Below, piece by piece: positions 11,316 through 23,300 of a stretch of DNA of 64,000 bases. The notes under the pieces were generated by a model. The model was not told where the DNA came from and did no database searches. It worked only from the letters and a program-made list of their open reading frames with translations. Each line of letters starts with the position of its first letter. The stretch's first letter is position 1. Source of the stretch: Callorhinchus milii (Eukaryota); assembly GCF_018977255.1 (NCBI RefSeq), contig NW_024704742.1, positions 30,072,001-30,136,000 of the forward strand, written 5' to 3'. The translations under genes were made by a program, and so were the position numbers.

Positions 11316-14300
11316 CTGTGCGGGACAAAGAAACATACAATACAATCAGTATCCAGAAATAGAAAAACTGTCAGTTTTCTGTTTTGTTAGAACAAAAAGA
11401 TGCACATACATAGCATCTTTCATATGACAAACATCTCAATACGCTTAACAAATATGATTAAGAACCAAGAAGGAAGCAAGAATAAAGATGTTAGGCAAGG
11501 ATGGGAGAATTGGATGATGCACGATGTAAATCAGTGAGCCTATTGCAAGAGAGAATACATGCTGCAGAGTTTGGGATGATTTTGAGATTGTGGAAGGTGG
11601 AGCTAGGGAGCGTGGCAAGGCACTGGCGAAGTCTATCCTCAAGATGACAAACACACAAAAAGGATTTTGAGTAAAGGTGTTAAAGAGGACAATGTTCTAG
11701 AGGTGGAAGAACACAATTTTAGCAATGGACTGGATATGAACATGTAACACTAAAAGTAGAGTAAAATTCTGAGTACTTGATTCAGTTTCGGCAGGTCTTT
11801 GATATTTTGTAACTTGGTCTCCCTTTCTTGTGCCCACATCCTGATGTAATGCCGATAATCATGCGAGTTTGGCCTCTTCTCTGCTGAAAGACAGAGGTAA
11901 GTATACAAATAGGCATTCGAGTTCTGCACAACAGTATTTCATGCTCTACAGAAACTGGAGCAATTAAAAACCACTCCCACTATGCATTTGGGACAACACA
12001 ATTCACCATTTAAACGTTCCAATACAATGTATCATGTTAGAATTTATTTTTAAAAAGTATATAAATGGGTTATTTTTAACACTTTTAAAAAAAATTTGCT
12101 CCTGTAGTTTAAAAGGTTAAATAACATCTTACCTTTTTCGTTTCTGAGATTTACAGTGACAAAGCCATCTTCTGTTTCACCTTTAGACTTTGATTCCATT
12201 TCTGTAACTGAGGAAAAATTAATTGGCCTTAAGTTACCACACTCATTCTACCAATTCAGCTGCAATACATTTTTCCATTTAGCTATGTTGAAGCTAGTTT
12301 TCTTACAATTAACCACCAAAGGCAATCATGTCCTCAAACACGGTGCTTTAAATGATAAATTCTATGTAACAAAGTATAGAAATTATAACTTTAAAAACAC
12401 ATTTGTAATTCCTGGGCAAAATTAATAACTCTCGCCACTCAAGAAATTTGTGTTATCTGCACCATACCGATGTAGTCAATATTAATCTTGCAACCAGTTG
12501 CTTCAAATAAAAATCTGGAAGCTAGGGCACCATTAACAGTTGCAAATAAGTACATTTGTCTTCACAAGAAATATTACTCCAAGTTGTAAGAAAGCACGAC
12601 TGTCCAGTCAAGAATTAATATAAAATATTGATCCAAAAGACTAACTCAGGCCTTTTTTTAATATAAAAAAGTGCACGCATATGAAGTCTCAGTTATAATA
12701 ATCCTTGCATTTGATATAGCGTTTTTCATGTCTTCGAGATATCTCAAAGCGTTTCGCAGAATATACTGTAAAGTGACTTGACTGTATATTTGTGGATGAA
12801 ATGTGGCAGCCAATTGCGCACAGCAGTGTCCCACAAACAATCGTGGATTGAGTGACCAAATTATTATTGTTTTATTTTCTTGAGGGATTATTAGCAGGCG
12901 TGTGGAGTAAAGAAATTTGCCCAGGGTTTCACCCTACCAGGAATCAAACCCAGGTCTCTCGTTTGCGAGGCGAGTGCTCTAACCACTGAGCTACAGGACT
13001 CCAAGTTGACAACATCCCCTGCCAAATCTGTTTTCATCTATTTTAGTTAGTTCAAATTCAATCAGTTCCACTAAACTATTGGACCTTTGTAAATAGCATA
13101 TTTGAGTATTTTACCAGACATTCAAGTCAACATGCATATCCAACAAAATGACAGGAATTACAAGTTGTACTGATCTCTTAATACAGTAGGACATTGCAAC
13201 TCAAGTGTGCTTGTCCACTCATCCAAACCAGACCAAGATATGGAAATCAGATTTTTTTTGAATTTTTGATTGATAATTTTAAAATCAGTAACCCAATCAC
13301 AATGCGTCTACTATCAAACCACCTCAAGTTCACAACTGTTCTCAGTGCAAATGATAAAAAAAAAGTTTAAATTATTTACATACAATACTGCAGAAAATAA
13401 GACATTGGAGGGAGTTGCAAGGCCTATAAATGAAAGTTGAACTTCAATCAAGATTATCAGTTAGTACCTTCACTAACTGCTGTTGAACCCATTAACAAAG
13501 ACATTTATACAGCACCCTTCATGCAGGGTAGCATCGGGGCGCTTAATAGTGGCCTGATACCAAGCCCGGGGGTGTGGGGAGAGAGAGGAAAGAATTTACC
13601 ATTCTGAAAAAGGGGAAGGAGGAGCAAGGAGGAGGGATTGAGGGAGAGAGTTCCAAAGTTTCAGCATGTAATGGCTTAAAGCACAGCTGCCAATGGTGGA
13701 GCAAAGGGGACAAGGGACAAGAAGTAGGCTGGAGCCAGCCGAGCAGAGGCAGTGGGTGGTGGAGTGGGGAGTAACCAGGTTGGAGAGGTAAGGAGGAGCC
13801 AGGGCATGAAGGGATTTGTATAAGTTAATTATAATTAATTGGATTACAGCCTTGTAACTTCTGCCCACATCTTTTATACAAACCAAGTCATATTGAACAC
13901 CATAAAACCTACCGTGAACAGTTTCTGGTGTCATATCTTCAAAGAAGTATTGGGTAGCTTCAAATGCTGAGTCAGGGTCTCCATGGTCAGGAAAAACTGG
14001 CTCTGGGAACAGTAATACAGTAAACTCCTGATAACTCGTCACTCCAAGGGAAAACAACTCAGTGACAAGTTAGGCATATGCATAAATACATGAATAAATG
14101 CAGCCAGGATACTGACAAGTTAAGCCAGGGTCAAGTTATTAGGAGTTTACTGTATATGAAAAAAAACTAAAAGTTGCATGCTTTTGTTAAAGAGCTTTAA
14201 CCAGAACCTTCTGGAACAACAAGTGTTGCTTGTAACAACCGAGAATGAAATATTTATTTTCCAAGTCTGAATCGCTCATTAACTCAGTAGTGATGAATTT

Positions 14301-17300
14301 GAATTTATATAAGGTCTATAATAGTATTTCTGGGCTCTGAATAAGCAATTATACATTAAGTTTCATAGATTTCTGTATAGAGGAACTCTCGTTTCTGGTA
14401 GAAAGCTAACCAACATGAATTAATAAAGCGATTGTAACTTTTAATAGTCATTTGTTTTTAAATCCATCTGTAGAAAGCACATGACAGTTGTCACCAAGAT
14501 AATTGGACATTCTGGAATGAAGTTTAATGTGGTTCCAATTATTGCATGGATATAATGCTTCACATTTATTTCTGTGAGTAAAGCAACTTTAGACCCAACA
14601 GTATAACAATGTGGAGCAGGAAGCCTGAGTTATTCCAACCACTTCGCATCACTGCAAATCATGGCCAAAGAAGCCAGCACCTGATTTTGGTGCTCAAAGC
14701 AGAATGTCAAAATGGTACATTGTTCTGAATTAAAGAAATAGCCATGCACATAGCTCAATAAAAGCATTAAAAAAGTGCACTGAAAAACTTGAGTTTTGAC
14801 TAGCGAACAGGGGAGTAAGTGTACACTCACTGAAGCAGTTCATAAAAGTCCTCCAGATAATAATATAAACCCTACATTTGATACAGCGCCTTCTCACACC
14901 TTGATATTGCACTTCAAAGAATACTGTAAAGTGAATTGAGTGAATTTTGTGGGCCAAATGTGGCAGCCAGCAGTGTCCCACAAGAAATAGGCTCCTGCAT
15001 AGTTTATACTGCAATCCCAAATAAGCTTTTTCATTTCTGGCAGCAAGTCACTGCCACGTGCACTGCGATTAAGCACCAAAAGCACAGTATAAAGTGCACA
15101 AATAGCGATGCCAGATGAGTACCAATTACTTTTCCCTCCCAATTAATACCACTTCATATAGCACAGTTTTTTTTTAAAAAAAGGCACATTTAAGTAAAGC
15201 AATTGAATATTTCCTTATGTTACCTTTGTGGTAGAATGGCCAACAAGCATCAAGCAAAACAGTCAATTTCCACTCAATGTGAAAGCAAATTCAATAGGAA
15301 TTGTTGAAAATATCAAAAGGCAAGTAATAAGCCATAAAATTGTCTTCATAAATATTTGGAAATCCATCGTGTAGGAAGCATTGCATTGTTCTCCAAACTC
15401 AGCTGACATCAGCTGTAGAATCTATCAGTATGAATCTTCATGGGAAACAGCAGGTTTTCTTGGACATGTTAGTACTTCCTGAATACAAATTTAGTTCTGG
15501 AGTTTCAAATACAATGTGTAAATAAATGGAACCAACCATCAGTTTTACTCTATGTTAAACAGATTTTCTTACCAGGAAGTACGTGCACTTTATACAGCAG
15601 TTTCAGCTTTTCCACAAGATCTCCATGACACATTGTACCTATAAAAACATAAACCTAATTAATAGGTAAATTTAAAAAAGGTTCAACTATTAAAGTACAG
15701 TTGAGAAAGGTCAAACTACTTGCAGCATATCTGTTCAAAAATCTTATGATTTCAGGATGTCAGAACCCACCATTTCAAGTCTCCCTTTCTTATGAAACAC
15801 ATGCTACAATGTCTGGTTACAACAACGAGATTAAAAAGCACTTAAATGAGGTAACCATCGTAAAAGCTACATAACAAGTTTTCTGCAGAGGAATCATGGT
15901 TATGTCACATTGTCTTGGGACACTTTGTCTATGAAGTTATCAAAAGTTAGAAACAAGTTGGTACATTTGCTTCAAGGCAATTTTGGTTGGAGTTGACGTC
16001 TTGCAAGTTGGTGTGACGTTCAATTATTTTCTTGCAAAAAATCCAATTTATGCTTCAAAAGCACATTTTCCTGTAGCAAAACTATTAGCGTCATCACTTT
16101 CAGGAGTGATTTTTAACCCCCAATTCAATGGTGCAGTACACCATTCGTACGTTCAAATAGTTTCTTCATTCTATTTATTTTTTGTGTGTGTAAAATCCGA
16201 ACATGACCTTTTCTTGCTCTCCCCCCCCCACCCATTTTTCTTCATAAATGAGTACATAACGCCCTTCATGCGGGTAGTGTCTGAGTGCTTAATAACAACA
16301 AACATTTGTATAGTGTCTTTCACTTTGGGGGGATGTCCCAAGGCGCTTGATAGTCAGAGATTTGAACCCGAGCAGGGCTTGAACCCGAGCAGGGCTTGGG
16401 TGGAGGCAGGGGTAGTTGGGTGGTCAAAGGGGTGGTTAAAGAGGACATAGCAGTGTGATTTGGCACCAACAGCAGTGGGGTTTCACACAGAACTTTTACA
16501 TCTTACACCAACCACTAAAACTTCTGTTTAGAGATTAAAACATTAAATGTACCCAAATCACAAATGAATACCCCTAGCGAATGTAAACAATAATGTTCCT
16601 TCCATTTAATGCCTCTCAAAGTGCTTCACAAGATTGACTGCAAAGTGCAGTAATTGTGTATTTTGTAGGCTAAGAGAAAATGTAATCATTTCTACTTACT
16701 TAATCCTGTAACAAATTCTTTGAAGTTGATGAGAGAGTCTCCGTTCTCATCGAGTAGTCGAAATAAGCGGCCAGCTAATACATCCGAATGGGCACCACAC
16801 GACCAGGGAAAAAGAAGTCCAAACAATTCCTTGAACTGTTCAAAATCAATGCGGTACTGTTCAAGATAAGGCAGACTAGGATCATGCCTTTCAGTAGCAT
16901 TACTGTTTCCACCCCAATAGCAACTGGTGAGATGCTCTGCCTGAAGGTGGTGAAATGAAAAGGATCAACANTTTTTTACAAAGTGAATTTCAGACTGACT
17001 AAACAAATGGAATCAATGCTTCATATGTAGACACACAATATTTCTATGTGGGTAACAGATTTGTTTGTCATCTGTTATACAATTGATCCAATATTCTTTT
17101 TGGATTTGCATAAAAGTCAGTTTTCAAACCCTTTGTTTTTGGAACTTGCTCCCAGTTGCAGCTGAGAGAAAAAGATGGAAAGAAAAGGTTTCCTTTTAAT
17201 TTCCTAATCAAATCCCTGTCATCCACCCTGTAACAAGAGGCAATCATCAACAATACAATGGAGGATTGGCTTTGCCTAGCTCAATAACTACCTGATTTGA

Positions 17301-20300
17301 CTAAGATTATACACCACCCAAGGTTAACAGCTTTATGGCCTCCCTATTTAACACTGACCAATTAGTGCAGAATTCTGGGCAGATTTGTACTATGGTATTG
17401 TGGCCTTAATTCTCCTGAGTATCAGACTGAACCAGGATAGTTAACAGATGTCCTAGAGAAAAACCTTAATTTCCATTTGTGTGGGATGGATCAATATAAA
17501 TCCTGAATGCTAAATACATTAATATTGCAAAAAGCAAAAATTGCAATTAGCATTGAATACAGCTTGAAAAGATTACAAATTAGAGTTCCAGTCACACAAA
17601 ATAGTTTCTTACTTTAAAAAGGACATAAAGTTCTTCCAGCTCATCTATGGTGAATGCAGTGTCTGTCACAATAGCTCGAACCTGAACAAAAGAGAAAAGG
17701 ATTCACATTAAAATATAAAGGTATTTATTTCTAATAATGACATCAGTTGATGTGAGCAAAACTCAATCAACTTTCAGAACCTTAACATAGGCTGTCTCTT
17801 TTTCATTTTGGATAGTCTTCAGACAGGATTGAACAATACTGGTAGACCCAGTGTGCAAACACATCAGCAAGTCCATAATGTCCACTAATATTCACCAATA
17901 ATTGCTTTACAGCATTTGGAGTCTAAAATAATTCAAAATATTTTGCCCTCTCTGAATAGGTGTGAGGGAGAAGGCTGAAGGGGGGAGAAAATGGGGGAAA
18001 AAGGGATACTTACAATATGCAATATCACAACTGTTTTTTGCCAGACACCCTCAACAAACTACAAGCTCAAGGTCATTAATTGAGAAAATCCATTCAGTTG
18101 AATTAAAATCAACCACATGCCAATTATGTATTGCATGAAATGCAGAGTTTGAAAAGTATGGCTGCTGTATACTTAATCGAATCACAGATTAATCTAGCTT
18201 TATAGCTCACGATTCCAGGAAGCTGGATTTTAAACCACCAGGGCAATTAATCATTCCTATTAAGGAAGATTTTTTTAAAGATGATGTAATCTCTGAAGAG
18301 AAAGGGGAAGCTCAGCTGTCTGCATGAACAGCTTTATAATATAAATTTGTCTGGTTTAAAAAAAAATACTTGTTGTACAAACAAAATAATGGAAATGTTC
18401 AAATGAAAATCCCTCAGATCTTTAGGAATACAAACTACATAGTATAATGCTTTTTCTTTTCCCCCCCCAAAATTGAAACTAAATGCTTATTCCTTCATAG
18501 ACATCTGGTAAATAATTAATTTTAAAATTACAAGCCACAAGTTGAATTATACGCTGTCACAAAAAAAGTTGGCTTCTATTTAAGTGACAAAGTTTTGCTA
18601 TTTGTAACTTTAGAAGTTATCTAGATATTATCAAATAAAATCTTAAATATTATAAAGGGAGATATCGCTACTCTGAGGACAGTTTCTTGGTTGCTCCTGA
18701 TAACCACATTCTTTGAAAAATCGTTGTTGTAGACAACCTGTTGACACTTAATGTCAATAATCAAGAAATAATTTAACTGATGCAGAATATTTTCAATAAA
18801 TGCACTCACCACATTGCGTTTTGTGGTATCTTCGAGAGTCTGAATCACTCTTAGTCGCTGTTTAAAACGCATCTGTTCAATCACATCGGCTCTGATGGTA
18901 CCAAATTTCTGAGAAAATTAAACATCAGGCAGGTCAGTCCAAAACAAATTATATAATGAAACAAAATTGCTCCCAGTTTCCAAAATAAATGGTAGAAGAC
19001 AAATAAGTTTAGAAACTAAGTTTAAGGTAGGAAGTTAGAATTAAGGTACAATTGCCAGCTATCTGATGAAGCTAATGATTTAAGAAAACAATAAGACCCA
19101 AAACTTTTGCATGAGCACATGATAGTTAATTATCAAAATGCTTTTGCTCTCACATTAAGTGAGGGGACATGCCAAAAGATGCCAACTGTGATCTCAGTCG
19201 TAGCCATATGGGATTACAGAGCATCTGTTGACACTCACGACAATTACCTTCATTGAGCTGACAGTCTAAAACATACTCCAATAGGTTCCATGTTGGTTTG
19301 TGATCACGCCAAATAATGCTTCACAAAAGGAGGTGACTAACAGGTTTAAGGGATGCTTTATTTTCACTAAGGATTGCAAGCAGGAATACAACAAGAACAG
19401 ATTTCGATCTCATTTAAAAGAGTTCAATTCTGCAAATGTGTTCAAGATAAAACTTGTCAAATTGTAAATGCTGCATTAAAGTGCAGCCTGCTTGTTACAC
19501 AAAGTGAAATGCTTTTGGTAATCAGGAGCAAGCAAGAAACTGTGCTAAGAGTAGTGATATCTCTTTATAATATTTAAGATTTTATTTGATAATATCTGGA
19601 TACCTTCCAAAGTGAAAGTAAAATGCTGTATAACATTATAGAACAGTTTGTTCAAGAGAATGGTATAAAAAATAAAATATAGTGGGACCTCATTACAATG
19701 CAGGTTTGTTTGGGATGTGGATTCTGACATTTACCTTACCCCAAAAATCTAAAATACAAATCAAATCCATGGGTGATTCAACCTTTTATCGGCGCTCGAG
19801 AAGCCAAAATGGTTGATTTCCATCCAGGTCAAAGTCGCACATACATCACTTCCTACATGCTCACATACAGGAAGTTGCATCAACCGTGACATAATACCCC
19901 AGAATTGGCGATTTTGGCTTCCTGTGCGCTGGCTGGCATTTTGAAGTGTTGATACAATGACTACCATTTGGTGTGCTGAACAATTGCACCTGGTTGTATC
20001 CCTTATTAAATTTTTCGACCCCATCTCCTAACTGAATGCCAACAAAGACAAAGGCTCTACTTATTTGGCTCCCATCAGCACCTTCTCACCTCAGGCACTA
20101 AACACATTAACCTTCACAGATGTTCACTCCACCTCATGGAGCCAGTGAGGAACCTAGGTGTCTTGTTGACATTCTACACCCGCTCTCTGTAACTCAATCC
20201 CTTTGCCTCATCCCTCCCGCCTCCCTTTAAAACCCACCTTAAAATCCATCTATGACTGCGCCTTCGGTCATCATTAACCCCTGCTACTGACCCTCACTTC

Positions 20301-23300
20301 CACCCCACCTGAACTCGGGTGTACAGTCAACTGTGTAAAGTCATTTGACCTGTCCTCCTAATGTGAAAGGTGCTATAAAAATGAAAATTGTTACAATGGG
20401 GTTCTAATGTATTAAGTTTGATACAACATTAGTCGGAGTACAGGTAAAGCCAGAAGGTAGTTTTAAAAAATCTTAGGCTTCAAAAACACAAGAAATACCA
20501 AGCTAAAAAATAAATCTACAGTAATGTACTTGCATAGCTGTAATTCTCTGCACAAACACTGTGAAACCTTTCAAAACAACCCTCTTGCTTTGACATTTAA
20601 GATGGATGCTAATATACTGCATTATTTCACACAAACATCACTTGTTTCATGCTCACAGAAAAAGCCTGCATTTTGAAATAAAATGTCATTTAAGGCTAAG
20701 GCTCTGGAAAATTGATAACAATAAGTAAAGCACGTGACTAAGCCTGCAGTTAGATCAAGCTGTGTGATAACCGGCACAATGCAATTTTCCTTTCTGTTAA
20801 AATGAAAAGGTACTTTGTTCAGCAACAGAAAATGTTTTCAATATTCCAGTGGCGTTACTGTACTGTAATCTGTATAAATCACACCAGAGTAAAATGTAGT
20901 CCATTTAAAATATTTTTAAACTGTTATTTTCCATGAATTTAAAAAAGAAACTGATGAAATGTCAAGCACACACCAAACAACGTGCCATTTATGCCCCAGG
21001 AGCCGAGTTATTTATAGCTTGCAATGCCGATGATCTCATCGTATGCATTGAACTGCAGAGGAGGCTATGAGCTTCTGCAAAGTCAAATTTTAAAAACTGC
21101 AATGCCTGATAGTTTGCTTATTTTTAAACCGCAATAAGTTTATCAAAAATCAATTACAATAAAACATTTATATAGCATCTTTCATATTGAGAGGACATCC
21201 CAAGTCAATTTAATCAATAATTTTAAATTGTAAGATTATATTTGTGATGTTTAATTTTTTTAAGGCTTTTAATTAATCTTTATATATGTTTAGAATGTAA
21301 CTTACCCATAAACTTTTAATAAGGTTTATTTGATTTAGTGACGAGCGTAGCGGGGTTAAAAGTAGCTTTGTTGGACCGGTTGAGGTCAGCTTCTGATTAA
21401 ATGGCTACAGCCTCAACACCTGCCTGTCTCAAGGCTAAAAAACAAGCAGGCTGTGGAAGGCTGCCGAGAAGTTGTCCATATTTTGCTCTCCCTGCAAAGT
21501 AGCCTGCGAAGGGTGTGGGCTATCTCTGTGATAAGGGGAGGCGGAGTTAGAAACACAAAAGATATAACTTTGAAATAGTTGGAGTTGTGTAGAGGGTCAA
21601 CGCACTTCCCAGTGGAATCGATAGGTTCTACTGTATCTATGGTCTCATTTTTAAGAGTAGTGAGGTCCGTAAGGAGGGCTTACTCCAGTCGGAGTGTGGT
21701 GTTATCGCAGGTAATATACATTTCAATTGTTACGCTGGATAAACCTGTATGCTGATGTAATAATATAATAGCAACGCTAATTCAGAGACTGTTGTTGTTT
21801 GAGTGTGAAGAAGACATTTTCTTTGAATCTTTGTGTCAACTCATATCGAGTTGACACAACTCCTGCAAACCTTACACCAATTTGATATTGGCATTTGATT
21901 CATGCATTTTCTTCCCCGTATTATCTAGGCACCTCTTTAGCATTACAACATCAGAACATAAAATGAAGAATACTTTCTAAAACTGAGAATATCCTTTACT
22001 AAAATTAATTTTGAATCAGTTGTACTCACATCATAGGAGGTTTTGATTATTTTGAAAATATCAACCTCAGGGTATGGATCTCCGTCATCACTGAGAAGAG
22101 AATGTAGATGAGGGATCGGTGGTAATGTGCTGTCCTTGTTTGTCACACTGTCCAAATATCTGGAGAACAAACATAGTTCATGTGCAAGTCTTCATCTAAT
22201 TTTAACATTTCTCTTGCATTTTAGTTGAAATATAAAATTTAAATACATAAATGCAAGAATTACTATCCTGCTTGGTGCTCCTGTACATCCTGAAGCACTT
22301 TACCCAATATGAAAGGTATCATATAAATAGTTGCATCAACATTGGAGAAAAGGGCTTCTATTTTCATAAGAATTGACTACTTCAGATTAAGGGATAAGAA
22401 GCAATAACTGACATCTGACTCATCTCAGTTTTCTGCAGCTGCAACCGTATAAATTGCAGCACAAAATGGACTAATTCTGCAAGCTTCCAAGAATGATTTG
22501 GTATTATTTGCCTATAGCATTATGGACAGACATCTATAGATTTGCCTGTACAAGCACCATAGATGGCTTACACTATACAAATTAACATTTATATAATAAT
22601 AATCCTTGTATTTGATATAGCGCCTTTCACATTAGGAACTTATCCCAAGACAGTCCAGGGTTCACATCCAAGCTGGGATGGGGGTCTGTGAAAAGATGGC
22701 CAGAAATATGGTCAATTCTGAGGCAGGCATTGAAGGAGGTGAGGGAAGGGGCGAGGATGGAATTCCAGAGAGTGGGGGCAGATATGTTGAAAGTGACCAC
22801 CAATGTTGGAGGAGGGGATGTGAAGCAGGTTAATGCTCACTGAGCGGAGGGAGCAGTCAGGTTGGTACGGTTTGAGGAGGTCACAGAGGTAGGGTGGGGC
22901 AAGACCATGGAGGATTTAAAGTTTAGGATGAGAATCTTGAACTCAATCCACTGGAGGATGGGGAGCCAGCCATGGGGGTGATAGGCTTAATGAGCCTAGT
23001 GCAGGAAAGGACATGAATTGCAGAGTAATGGATAGTCTGCAGCTTGTGAAAGGAAGAGGCAAGTAGAGTAGTCAAAATCTACCTTGCATAAGTAGTAACC
23101 TTGGTTTAGTCAAACTTAGTAAAACATACTTATTTGCAAGTTAACACATGTCATACAAATGTAATTTGTTGTTGTAATAATTTTAGATCTCTTTGGTGCA
23201 TGCAGTAAATTTACAAGAAGTAAAAATTACAATGAACTTACTTTCCAAGTATAGTCATGGCTTCTCCATCATCCTTACAATACAAAAGCTTGTGAATGTT

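Noticed and set aside
16971..16971. Ambiguous base N near the exon 16 acceptor
   Set aside because: Assembly ambiguity; does not affect the splice site or reading frame
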